Source of the DNA: Vitrella brassicaformis CCMP3155
Lineage: Eukaryota; Protista; Chromerida
Direction: 5' to 3'
Assembly (NCBI GenBank): GCA_001179505.1
Contig: CDMY01000281.1
Span: 72,784 to 136,579, forward strand
Length of the DNA stretch: 63,796 nucleotides
The notes beneath the pieces were generated by a model. That model did not search any database, had not been told where the DNA came from, and saw nothing but the letters and a program-made list of their open reading frames with translations. Below are positions 50,230 to 62,605 of this stretch, one piece after another; position 1 is the stretch's first letter, and each line of letters starts with the position of its first letter. A program made the translations under genes and the position numbers.

Positions 50230-52787
50230 CAGGTTTGTGTCGCGTCGCAGCTTCCGCGAGAGGCGAGAGCGGATGATCGACAACAACGAGTACGAGGAGG
50301 AAATGCTCATCAGCGGCTGGCTCAACGTCAAACCCTGCAGGGCGTGCGCTGAGCTCAGGGCCGCCACCGAACGGCTCAAGGTGGACCCCAATGCACGACT
50401 CAGATTCGCCATTGCCGAAGACAATGAAGGAGTGAGTGCGCGTGTGCGTGTGCAAGACAGAGAGAGACGGATTGTGTGTGTGTGTGTGTGCTTGTGTGTG
50501 TGTGGGTCATGTGTGTGTGTAGTTTGAGGACACGCAGCAGCTGATGCACTTCCTGTCGGGCGACCCCAAGGACTTCTACCACTGCAAGCACCTGCGGCCC
50601 TCACAGCTGCCCCCAGACGACATCGAGCAGGGCACCGCCAACGACACAACTACCGACACGACCACAAACACGTCCTCCTCGCTCCCACGGGCGCCGTCAG
50701 AAGTCAGGAAGCGGACCGCCACGTCGAGTGTGTGCACCGAACTGGTGCTCTACGACCTGCCGATGATCAAGGTGGCGCATTACATCGTGGCCAACGTCAT
50801 CCAGTACGGGCGTGTTGCCAAGCACACGATGGTGGGGCTGGGCGTGATTGCTTTCTTGACGACGCTCTTCCCGGGGATTGCGCGGATGGTCAACGGCTAT
50901 GGCTTCTTCGGAAGCGACGCTGCGGTGGGTCGGTCGGCCACATATAATAACAGAATACAGGGAGGGCGGGGAGGAGGGGAGCGTGGCTGTATCTCTGTCT
51001 GTCTGTCTGTCTGTCTGTCTGGTTCTCTTGGTTTGTCAGTCGTATGTGGTGGTGGCGTGCGGCATCGTCCCTATCTTCTTCTACACTTGGGTGAATTATA
51101 TGTTCCTCATCACCGCACACGCGTAAGAACACTACACCAGCCTGCCACCACAAGCCCTGCGTGAGGGACACAAACACTTTGTGTCTGTCCATGCGATGCG
51201 TTTGCCTCTCCTCCATCCATCCTATCAGTGACTTCGCGCGTCGGTGCACGTTGATGGCCTGCTGCGGCGGGCTGCTGACGCGTGACGAGGAGGACAAGGA
51301 GAGGGAGGTGCTGCAGGCCAGGGGCATGGGGGCCCTGCCTGTCCTGGACCTGGCGGACGTGTCAACCGTGCGGACGTTCCTCACACTCCGGAGGGTCCTC
51401 AAAGACTGGGGTGAGTGAGCGGGGGAGGGAGTGACACAAGCGTCTGGGTGTGTCTGTCATCGGGGGTCGATCACTGTCTGCCTGCCTGCCTTGTGTGTGC
51501 GTATGTATGTGGTATGGGCAGGTCGGCGGTATCTTCAGCGGATCACGATGTTCATCGGCTGTTTCTTCGTCGTCAATGTGGCGCTCATTGCGTGGTTCCT
51601 CTATGAGGTGAGAGTGAGTTCAGCAGCGGGGCCCCCGCCTCCACCACACAATACAAGGACATGCCAGGATCTGGCTGTATGTCTCTCTTTGTGTGTGCCT
51701 TTCCTCGATGGCTCAGCTCTACGCGCGCAAGGTGTTCGAGATACAGACCGTCATTATAGCAGGTGAGTGAGTGGATGGTGGGGGGGTCCACAGGACAGGC
51801 CACACACACAACACAAGAAAGATGACCTCTATCTCGCACACCACACCTGCCCGCTCGCAGGGACGCACAACCTTTTGCTGGGTGCGATCTTCATCTTCCT
51901 TGTCTTCAACGGCATGACCATCAACAAGAGCGGCGAGCGACACTCATTCCTCCTCGTCAGACACCAGGACCGCATCGCCGCCATGATCCAGCTGCGACTC
52001 AAGGAACTCGCCGGCGAGCGGTGGCCACACAGCGGAGAGGAGGACGACCCTGCTGATGACCCAGCAGCAGCAGCGGACAGTGACACAAACAAGAAGACAG
52101 CAGAGGAGAGGGCCAAGTGTGTGGTGGACAGGGTGGAGCACGCCGGCACGGCATCGCAGGCATTGCCGACGGTGGCTTCGCTGCCCCCGGCTGTCAGGAG
52201 CTCGACGCGGGCAGACAGCATCACCAGCGACACAACATCCAGCAAGACACTCGGTGAGCCAGCTGGCTGCAGGGCAAGAACCAACCACACACACACACAG
52301 TCTCGATATGTTTGTTCTGGCAGACGGGCTTCTCTCCCCCCGTCAGCTGCCCACCCAGCCGTCCTCTTCGCTCAAGTGGACGAAGGCAGACACCAACCTC
52401 AGCGCGCTTCCCCCACCCAGCAGCGAGTCGCAGCAGCTGCAGACGCAGCAGCCGAGCAGCTACAACCAGGTCATGCAGGTGGACCCGGTGCTATATGAGC
52501 TGACCCTTGCCAAGGACAGGCTACAGATGCTCGAGCACGAGATCAAGCTTGACGGGGACGAGGCGCCCATATCCATCTTGGGCTTCAAAGCAGGTGGGTG
52601 GGGGCGTGTGGGTGGGTGGGAGAGAGGATGCTGGCTGGAACGTCTCGTGTATGCCCGTGTGTGTGCGTGCGTGTGTGTGTCTGTGCTGGGTCGATCAGAG
52701 ATGGAGCTGCTGAGAGCGGTCAGCGTGATCCCCATCGCGACGGTGACGGCCATCAGCGAGTTCTGGCTCAATGAAAGGGGGGCGTGA
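49514..52787 (+). CDS. Multi-pass membrane protein with a PHTF-like C-terminal region
   Basis: Hydrophobic exons. LDLADVSTVRTFLTLRRVLKDWGRRYLQR and EAPISILGFKA..VIPIATVTAISE recall the PHTF1/2 C-terminus (recalled similarity, unverified). Confidence 0.55.
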
Positions 52788-53216
52788 TGGAGGGGGAATG
52801 AGTGCGAGATTGTGCGTCCTTCCTTCATGGCTGACTCCAACAACTCTCCCTTTATCCGTGTGCGTGTGTGCATGTGTGTATGTGTCTGTCGAGTAAGGGG
52901 CGCTTTTTGCCCTCCCTAGGTAGGTGTGTCCGTCGTCGTGTCATGTCTGTCTGTCTGTCTGTGCTGTTGTGTGTGGTCCGGTTTTGTTTATCGGATTGCC
53001 GGGGAGTGTCAGCGGGGCGCGCTGACACTCACTTTCATGAGAGTCGTTGCGTACGCGTAATGGGCTAGCCAATGGATGGATGGATGCACTCACACAGACA
53101 TAGACACACACAGGTGTTGCTCGCGTCCATCGGCCGATATGGCTATGGCTTAGGTCTTCCCTTCACAGCACCACAACACACCACACTCTCACGCGTCATC
53201 CGCCGCCCCATTGCCG

Positions 53217-55989
53217 TCATCGCGTTTCGGTTGCCCCGCTCCCTCTGTGCTGTCTTCTCGCGTGGTGCCTGCTGTAGGTGAGGTACACCAGCAGCCCCAG
53301 CGCCGTCCACACACTGATGACTGCCCACCCAAGGCGTCTCAAAAATGTCGCCATCACCACATTCATCCCTGCAGGAAGCCACTGCCAGTCGATTTGTGTG
53401 TCTCCGTCAGTTCCCCTTATGCCCTCACCCACCCACCCATGCCTAGCAGGGGTATCCATGGCGGCGCGGGGATCTCGAATACCTCACCATCGGCACCACC
53501 GGCACTCCCCGGCCCCAGCAGGCCTTCCCCCTCGTCCCCTTCCCCTCCCTGCTGAATGCTCGGCCGCATGCAGATCAGAGTCCGTTTGGGGCTCTTGGGG
53601 CTCGTGGCAGCAGCTGCAGCAGCTGCACTGGCAGCCGTTGCCGCGGCCTCCCTCTGCCGGATAACTAGCTCGTCAAACTCGTCGATCTCGACCTTCTTGG
53701 TGATCCTCAGCGCTGAGGAAACAGCAAGAACCAGGCCGCCGCAGAAGGTGAGCCGATGGATGACGGCAGAGGGCTCCACGAGCGTGGAGTTGGTTCCCCC
53801 AAACACGCCAAGCTGATGCATGCGATGGCCGGCGAGAGAAGGGAGACACGATAGATGTGTGCTGGTGGGGGGTATCCAGATCCAGTCTGTACGTACGTCA
53901 CCTGTATTGAGGCTATGGCTGCCTTTGTGGAGACTGCGAGCAGCCCGCAGCCGACAAGGTAGCCGACGAGTGCCAGTGCCAGGCCGGGATCTCCCTCCCT
54001 GTCTCGGTCTACCGGTGGGGACGGGAGGACAGCCAGAACCGCCTCACGAGACCTGACCAGCCAGACACGACACGCAGTAGAGAAACATACAATCGGCGGG
54101 TTTGTAGTTATGTGTCTCTGCGCGCGTGGATAGACCTGACTGACGTGACCGACCTTATCATGATGACGCCGGCGCACACGAAGGTGAAGGCCGTCAGGGT
54201 GCCGATAGAAGTCATCTCAGCCAGACTGCACACACAACATCAACCAGCACTCAAGTACACAAGTAAGGAAAGCGACTCTACACCAGATAGCAAGAGGGAG
54301 TGCAGGGAGGAAGAACCTACCGTGCTATGTCCAAAAAGGATGCCAGGAGGGCTGCGACAATTGCCATTAGGGCGGTACTGCGGACCGGCGTGCGAAACGT
54401 CTGGTCCACCTGCCACATGCAGGAGAAATGCAGCAGTACAGTGGGTGCACCATGACGCGTACTGCGACACACTCGTCTGCCTATTTGTGCACTGCACATA
54501 CATGGCTGAGCCACGTCGGTAGCAAACGGTCGCGTGCCATCGCAAAGTACAGCCTGATTTATGGATCGGAGAAACATGAAGATCGACTGCCAGCCACTAT
54601 CCATCTGTGTGTCTCATGCATCTTTGGCGGCGGGTTGTGTTGTGTGCCTGACCTTGGCCCAGCCACGAGGCTGACGAGCGCCCCTGCTATGAGACCGATG
54701 ACCGCACCGCCTGAGAGCCAGACCGGAGGAACGTGTTCGAGCCGAGCCTTTCGGCCATCGGTCTACCGGATATGAAAAGCTCAAGCCAAGCCGATCGGCC
54801 CCTAAACAAACCACAGAAGGAGAAGAGCCCGTGAGGATGCATGTCTCTCTCCTTTGCTTCTCGTCCGTCTGTCCACCTGAAGGCAGCCGCGAGCGGTGCG
54901 CTGAGATCCACGCTGCTCCATGGGACAATGAGTGTCAGACAGGCCGCCACCGCCACATAGATGACACTCGATACCGCCACGGAGCCCACAAGGCCATATG
55001 GCAGCGAGTGCCGAGGGGACCGACACTCCTCCGCCAGAGAGGCAACAGCGTCAAACCTGACAGGAGACGCACACAAACGCAGACTGACGCATTCGCACCT
55101 CCTTCCCCCCCTTGTTGCGCCAACCCAATATATGCAAAGGAGATGGTCGCCGCGCCACTCAGTATACCCTCCACCCCGTTGGGTGCGAAGTTGCTCCACA
55201 GCGACCCATCCACATACGCCAGCGCGCCCAGCACGAAGGCCGCCAGGGCCGCCACCTTGAACGCGGTAATGACGCCGTTCAGCACACTCGTCGCCTTGAT
55301 GCCGACACAGATGATGGCCCCGAGCAAAAGGATCAGTGAGGCCGCAAACACTCCCCTGCTTGCAATAATGGGAGCCGATTGTGTGACCAGCACGAAGGGG
55401 GCGCCGGCAGGCGAGGGAGAGAGGGGCGCTCCCAAGCCAGTGAAAAAGCCCTGCGTGTAGGATGCCCAGCCCCGGGCAATGGTCGCCGCACCCACCGTGT
55501 ACTCGAATGCCAGTGTCCAGCCGAGCAGGAAGGCCGGCAGCTCTCCCGACGTGCAGAAGGTGAACGAGTACGCACTCCCTGATTGGCAGAGAGCGAGTAT
55601 GGGTGTGTGTGCTGCAGCCGCTACCGTTTCTCTGGCTGGCTGGGCTGACCTGCGATGGGTATCCGTGTGGCCAGCTCTGCATAGCACAAAGACGAGCACA
55701 TGGCCGACAGCCCCGCAATGAGAAACGACACGACGACGGCCGGGCCAGCCCGGCGAGCGGCTACCCCCGACAGAACGAAGATGCCTGAACCAACTGCACT
55801 CACATACGTATACATTGCAATTAAGGGCGCCATCCATCCGTCCATCCGTCGAGTCGACGTGCGTCCCTTACCGACTTTGCCCACGCCGATGAGCAGGAGG
55901 TCATTGGAGGTGAGGCACCTTTCGAGGCCTGCATCTGCACCTGCCGCGGTCTCATCTGCCAGATCCGTCAACGACTTGCGCCTCATCAT
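53217..55989 (-). CDS. Cationic amino acid transporter (APC superfamily, SLC7/CAT-like)
   Basis: LERCLTSNDLLLIGVG, GSGIFVLSG, AGPAVVVSFLIAG, CYAELATRIP, GSAYSF, AFLLGW, FAYIGFDAVASLAEE, C-terminal WTALGLLVYLTYSRHH. Confidence 0.93.
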
Positions 55990-56126
55990 CTCCAAATGAG
56001 GTCTACTGGAGGACGGCTGGCGCGAGCCCAGGAATCCAGGGCCTGCGAGCCTCCATCCCCTCATTTGTAAACTCTGCCGATCGGAGGAGTTTGGATCTGA
56101 TTTTGGAGGTGGCCTGGGTGGCGAAG

Positions 56127-56898
56127 ATGCCGCAGCTCAACCCCTACGCTGATGTGTTTGTGCCCCGCCTGTGGTCATCCTCCGCACACTATGGCCAGGA
56201 CGTACTCAAAGGTACACACGCCAGGGAAAACCCTTCCCGCCATCCCATCCATCTATCCATCCATCCATCCATCCATCCATCCCTCTCTCTATACCTCCCT
56301 CCTCAGGTGTGTACGAGCCCAACGTTCCGGTGATCCCCTTCTCGTCCATGCTGATGTCTAACGCCTCGAACACGCTGGATGACGTCAATGACAATTCTGG
56401 CAGCTCACCGCCACACGGACTTGCCTCCGCTCTGGTAGGTATGGTGCGCATCAACACACGAAACATTGCAGGTTCCTACTTACCCTTTCTGCCTGTTTGT
56501 TGCAGGCTCGTTTGGACGGCGAGGGTGCCCACGGTGTGGCGACCACTCTCACCTTCCTTCTGCAGCCGCCGGCCGACACACACTACAAGAAGGACCAGCT
56601 GGACCTCATGGCGCCCGCTGAGGACGGCCAGCAGCAGCACCGTGTGACGACCCCCAGGAGCGACACCACAGACGCCGGCAGCACCAACATGAGCATCAGC
56701 ATCGACGACTATCACACCGCGACCGACGCACCCCTAGGCCTGACCGCCGACATGCTGCCTGAAGTGAAGGGGTGTGGCGGTGGGGCCGGGTCCTGGCTGG
56801 AGGGAGTGATGCAGATGGGCGCCGGTAGCACGGTGCTCGGTTGCAATGCGTTCCACGCCACCAAGGCAGTGACGCTCGAGTGGGATATGCTGGAGTGA
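56127..56898 (+). CDS. Small acidic protein with an N-terminal PAM2 (PABP-interacting) motif
   Basis: MPQLNPYADVFVP matches the PAM2 consensus LNxxAxxFVP. Three in-frame exons. Confidence 0.65.
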
Positions 56899-57474
56899 GC
56901 GAGAGAGTGGGGGAGTGAGTGGCTGACAGACACATCCACACACACATCCACACTTTTTTTCGTGCCTTCACGACTTGCTGGCTGGCTGAACGGCAGACTG
57001 GGAGGGCGACTCACTCGCACACACACACGTGGATTGAGGACTGGATGGATGGATGGATGGATCCATGGAAGGGTGGAGGAGTGTCAAGTGGCTGGTGGAC
57101 CGACACGTGTGTGTGTGTGTGTGCGAATGATCGGCCTCATTATTTCGATTGGAATCGACATTCGGTGAAACGAATGAGTTCACTGAAAGCCCAGAAGTTC
57201 GTCGTTCTTCCAAGCAGTCGAATTCACTACACCCACACAGACACACACCCACCTCAGACCCCCACTCGCCTAGCCTAACAGTCACCACTTCCACGCGTCG
57301 TGCAAGCAGGCAGGCAGGCAGGCAGGCAGGATGCAGCGCATGATCCATCCATCCGCCAGTCAGTCGAAAAAAGAGTGACTGACTGACGAATCCTGCGCAC
57401 ACACACATACACGAACAACCCGCCACACCCGCCGCGAGCCCCCTTCTGTCTGTCTACTCGTTGTCCTTGCTGCT

Positions 57475-60400
57475 CTACTCCTCCGCGCCACCGGCCACAT
57501 CAGCCGCAGGGGGCGAGACCGGCGATGCGCTCATGCTGCTCCAGCCATCCATACGACACAAACAAACCGACACAAATGAGGCAAGGAGAAAGGGGCGGCG
57601 TACTTACCTGCCAGCCGCGGCTGGTGCCGCTGGTGGTGGGTTGGACGCCGCGTCCTCTTCGTCATCATCTAACTTGACGTTGTCATACTGCAGCCATGGA
57701 CAGGCAGACAGACAGACAGACAAAAACAAAGGCGTGGGTTGGGCAGGGAAATGCCGCCGGGTGGGGTGGGGGTGCGGGAGGATTACGTTGTGCAGGGCCT
57801 TGCGCCACTCCCTCAGCTTGCCATCAAACTCCCTGGACGGCCAGGCCATACGCAGGCGGCGCGGCAAAACACATGTTTGCTTTGCAGATGTCTGTCCCAG
57901 TGTTGGTCATCTTCTCCTCCTCCTCCTCCTCACCTCTTGCTCTCCGCCCTCTTGGGGTCGGGCGTCATCGGGTCGACAGCAGTGCGGTGCTCACTGAAGG
58001 ATTTAAAAGGGAAGGAAGGCAACAGACAGGCGAAAGATGCGATGCGATGTGTCCGTCCCGTCCGTCCTTTGGTGTGTGTGGGTGCTGGGGGAAAAGGGCA
58101 CACCGCTTGACTAGCTTGCGATAGTTCTGGTAGCCTTGCGTGCCCTTGCCTGACCGACAGACAGATAGACAGGCCGGCAGATACTCAAGTGGATGTGGTT
58201 TTCCCCACCGCCCCCATCGACACACACACCGATGTTGATTTGTTTCTGTCTGGATGTAATGCGCTTCTGTATCTCCTTCAACTCCTCTTCAGTCTTCGGA
58301 CGCTCCTCTGAAACACACACAGGTACACATATCAATCAGGCAGCGCCATCGCCCTTTTAATGCCCACCCATCATGCGTACCTTCCTTCCCATCCCCCTCT
58401 CCCTGCCCCTGCTGTCCCCCTTCCTGCCCCCCGCCCTGGCCAGGCGACGCGATTCCGTTTCCCTGGCCCATCGGCGCGGACGGAGGCGAGCGCGACTCCA
58501 CCCCACCCACCCCACCGCCCATCTGCATGGGGGGCGAGTAGGCCCGCACCTGCATGGGCATGGGCATGGGTAGCGGCGAGTGCAGCCCCGGCCCGCCATA
58601 GCCCCCACCGCCAACCATCATCACTGGCTGCATGGGCTGCACCACCTGCGGTGGCAGCGGCCGCCACCCCATCTCCGCCGGCATGATCGGCCGAATGGGC
58701 ATTTGCACGTGGGTGTGCGTGTGTGGCCCGTTACGGTGGGGTGGCAGTGAGAGCGGGGGAGGGGGTTTCTCGTGCTCATCCAGCGATTGCGGTAAGAAGT
58801 CGGCCAGCGATGGGGTGGTGGGCGCCTTGTGCGGCCGGGGGCCACCCCGCCCACCGCCTCGACCACGACCACCACCACCACCACCAGGAGCGAACTGACC
58901 AGGGTCTGATGGAAAGAGAGAGAGCAAAGAGGCGATATGCGTGTGTGTTGTGTTGCGTCGTGTCTTGTGTGTCGGTGCGTCTTGTTGCGATTGGTACTTT
59001 TGTGGTACTGGTCGAGAATGGCCTGCGTCTTGGGGTCGCGATGATGGGGCTGGTGGAAGAAACGCGACTGGCCAACCTGCCACACACACATCCAAGGAAA
59101 GATGACACAAAAAACATACATACATAACAAATACATATCAATCACGTCATCAAGTGGCATGTGCCTCCTGACTGTTCTCATCTCATCTCATCTCATACAC
59201 TCACTCACATGGTGTTTGGTTCGCTTGGTCTGCGGCTTGACGTCCTCACTGAACTGCGACGCACTATCACTAGCCCTGATGAAGGAAGGAATCGATACCA
59301 ACACACACAAACACACACATACACACACGCAGGCCAACAATGCTTCCACACCGCAGGTGAACGTTTCGGGGCACACACGTGCAACACAGTTTATCACGCA
59401 GTTCACACACGTTCCTTTCTTCCTCTCTCTCTTCCGCTTACTCCCTCTTGGCGTGATCGTCCCCCTTGCCCTTGTCCTGCTGCTCCAAAATCGACCGCAG
59501 CGGCTTCGAATGGCCGTCGCCCCTCCCCCTCCCGCCATCTCCTCCCTCCAACCCCTCCCCCCGTGCGTCCATCCGCACGTCCTGCCCCTCATCAGGCAGC
59601 CCAAACCCCTCCAACTCATCCTCCCGCCGACCCACATGCTTCCGCGCCTTCTGGGAGGCCTTCTTGAACATCGGGCGCCCGTGGTGCTGCTGCTGCTGGT
59701 GCGCATGGCCGTGACCGTGGCCGTGAGTGGGCTTGTGGGGCCCAGCTGCTGATGGCCCTGGCCCTGGTCCTGGTCCGGCGAGGGTGGGGAAGTGATCCTC
59801 GTATGTGCCTGGCATGTGCTCTACGTCCTGCTCATCGTCTTGCTGCTGCGCCGGGGCGGACGGTACTGCTGCTGCTGCTGCTGCTGGATGGGAGCTCTCC
59901 TGGCCCTCTGCATCCATTGGGGCAGCAGAAGGCTGAGCGGACAAATGAGAGAGGGGGCCGTTAACAGACAGGTCTTCATGGATGTCGTGATTGCAATCGT
60001 TTGCTGTGTGGGTGGGTACCTCTTCCTCCTTTTTCTCCATCTGCGCATTTGCATCTGCATCGACGGCAGATGGTTCCGAACCCACTGCTGCCGATGCCGC
60101 TCCTGCCGCTGAACCTGCAGCTCCAGCGGGCACCTCATCGAGCAGGTGTGAGAAGTCTGTGGGACCCTTGGGCCGCGGCACGGCGTGCTCGCCATCGCCA
60201 CCGCCATCCTTCCGATACCCCTGGGAAGAGGTGATCTTATTCTGCAACCTGAGCCACAAACAAGGAAGGATACAGAACGCAGTATGTGAATGGATGAGTT
60301 CGGCAGCCGGAAGCGGTGCAGGTGGTGGTTATTACTTGAACGCGAGGTTGACGCCTTCCTTGCTGTGCTCCAGCTCCTTCAGGCCGGCAGCGTAGCCCAT

Positions 60401-60634
60401 CCCGCTGCTCTCGTCCACAGGCAGGGGCTGAACACAAAACAACACACAAGGAAACAAAAGCCACCATCCACACCATGGCACGTCCAGTGCCGTGTGCAGT
60501 GCATCCGTCCCTTCATCCCTCCCTCCCTTCATCCCTCCCTCCATCTGACGTACCTTTGGGATGCTCCAGCTGTCGTTACTGTCCTCCACCATGTCGGCCC
60601 ATGCCCGCCCGCGGAACTGGGGCTGACGCGCCAT
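57475..60634 (-). CDS. SLBP: Histone RNA stem-loop binding protein (SLBP-like)
   Basis: RNA-binding domain assembled from exons at about 57690-58316: SRQKQINIGKGTQGYQNYRKLV..PMTPDP..SKRQFDGKLREWRKALHNYD. N-terminal WADMVED motif and a long RGG/Pro-rich disordered region. Confidence 0.85.
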
Positions 60635-60690
60635 TGCTATGGACGATGCTATCCAATACAACTAACAATCACATCGCCAACAGCGCTCTC

Positions 60691-60700
60691 TGGCGCGAAA
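60691..60700. promoter_or_regulatory. E2F-type site TGGCGCGAAA in the SLBP/hydrolase bidirectional promoter
   Basis: The reverse complement TTTCGCGCCA fits the E2F consensus TTTSSCGC. It lies about 57 bp upstream of the SLBP ATG. Confidence 0.4.
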
Positions 60701-60823
60701 GGAAGGCTACAAAACAAACACGCGAGCGGCCAGAAATCACGGGCCAGGGTTGCGGCCGGCAGATCTGCGCGCCGAAATGAGATGCGGAGAGAAATGCTGC
60801 AGGTCTGAGTGATTGAGGCCGCC

Positions 60824-61994
60824 ATGGCCCCTCCCATCCTCTTCTGCTTCCCCCTGCTGTTCCATCTGCGTTCAGTCCTCACTGCACGCGCTAAGGCGTC
60901 CGCTGCGATTCGGCGACTGCGCGCATCGCTGGACAAGACGCGGGAGCAGACAGGCACGCCCTACCACTTCCTGTTTATTCATGGCGCCTACCACGGGGGA
61001 TGGTGCTTCGACGCGCTGGTGGAGCAGCTGAGGGAGGAGGGGCATGGGAGGGAGGCAGTGGCTCTCGAAGGAACGGCTGTCGACGCCGTGTCTAGCTTCG
61101 AAGAGTAGGAGAGATGAGAACGAGTGCACTCACGCTTGATGACATGATGACACTCTGTCTGTGTGCGTCACTTGTGTGCTCCCGTGCAGGAATCTGATGG
61201 GGTATCCCGACGCCTATCGTGCGCTGACCTTCGACAAGATGGTGGATCGGACTGTCGAGAAGGTTGCCAGCCTGCCCGATGACGCCAAGGTCGTGCTGGT
61301 GGGCCACAGCTGGGGCTGCATGCCTATGACGATGGCCGCAGAAAAGTGCCCACCCGAGAGGCTGGCCTTCATCGTCTACCTGAGCGGTCCTTGTCCATCC
61401 GACGGGCAGTCGGCTTTCGACCTCGGCAACGAGTGGTTCGCCACGCCAGCAAGTGAGGGGGGCGGGGCGGAGCTCATCACCGAGGTGATGGACAAGGGCA
61501 AGTTTTGGGAAGACCACTACCCCGAAGACGACCTCAGGAGTCCCAGCGGGCTGAGAGTCAAGAGGAGTCCGTCTGACAAGACCGATGAGAAGCTGCAGTT
61601 TGTGCGTCGGGTGGGCCAGGCAGAGTTCTACTGCGACCTGAGCGAAATGGAGAGAGTGAGGAAGGCGCTTTATGGCTGCTGTCCTGAGCGCGTGTCAGCC
61701 GAGATGCTGGCGCGTATGCGGCCGATGCCTTTGGCCAACTTCAGCGTCCGTGTGGCCCTCACCGAGCGATTCGAGAGCATCCCCCGAGCGTACGTCAAGT
61801 GCCTGCGTGACGAGAGCATGCACCCGGCCTACCAGGAGTTTATCGTCAAGAGGCGGGGCTTTCGGGAGGGGAGCAATGCTGTGTATGAGCTGGACACGGA
61901 CCACTCGCCGCAGGTGTCGCACACCAAGCAGCTGGCGGCCCTGTTGGCCGACTTGGCCGAGGGATGGGAGAGGGAGGGGAAGCTTCAGAAGTAG
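60824..61994 (+). CDS. Alpha/beta hydrolase, methylesterase (MES/SABP2/HNL-like) type
   Basis: FLFIHGAYHGGWCF, LVGHSWG (nucleophile elbow), IPRAYVKCLRD, YELDTDHSP (catalytic His). One intron at about 61107-61189. Confidence 0.9.
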
Positions 61995-62305
61995 ACAGAC
62001 AGATGGAGGACGGTATGCCTGCTGGCATGGTGTGGTGTGGGTGTCTGTCTGTCTGAGCGGTGTTTGCAAGTGGCAAGGCGTGAATGCCTTTGCGTCGATT
62101 GAGGGTGCGTGGATTCGTGACTGTCTTTATGGTGCTGGTGGATAACTCGACAATGGCATGCATGGTTTGATAAGTGTCGTCAAGCACATGAGACGACAGT
62201 CCAATCGAATCTGAATGTCCAATCAACGCCTATAGCCTCATGCACATGAACGCACAAACCCTCGGGCCGTTGCCTCTTCGTGTCTCCTTCCTTCTGTCTT
62301 GGCCT

Positions 62306-62605
62306 NNNNNNNNNNNNNNNNNNNNNNNNNNNNNNNNNNNNNNNNNNNNNNNNNNNNNNNNNNNNNNNNNNNNNNNNNNNNNNNNNNNNNNNNNNNNNNN
62401 NNNNNNNNNNNNNNNNNNNNNNNNNNNNNNNNNNNNNNNNNNNNNNNNNNNNNNNNNNNNNNNNNNNNNNNNNNNNNNNNNNNNNNNNNNNNNNNNNNNN
62501 NNNNNNNNNNNNNNNNNNNNNNNNNNNNNNNNNNNNNNNNNNNNNNNNNNNNNNNNNNNNNNNNNNNNNNNNNNNNNNNNNNNNNNNNNNNNNNNNNNNN
62601 NNNNN
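62306..62605. other. Assembly gap (300 N)
   Basis: Run of N. The homologous segment in copy 1 (about 42024-42504) is about 480 bp, so the gap size is probably nominal. Confidence 0.98.

Noticed and set aside
45664-60634. Apparent cluster of mRNA-regulation genes (KH, PAM2, SLBP)
   Set aside because: They are interleaved with unrelated transporters and not paired on shared promoters; compatible with chance.
57475-60634. Initial call as SERBP1/HABP4 because of the RGG content
   Set aside because: The C-terminal exons spell the SLBP RNA-binding domain, which is more specific evidence.
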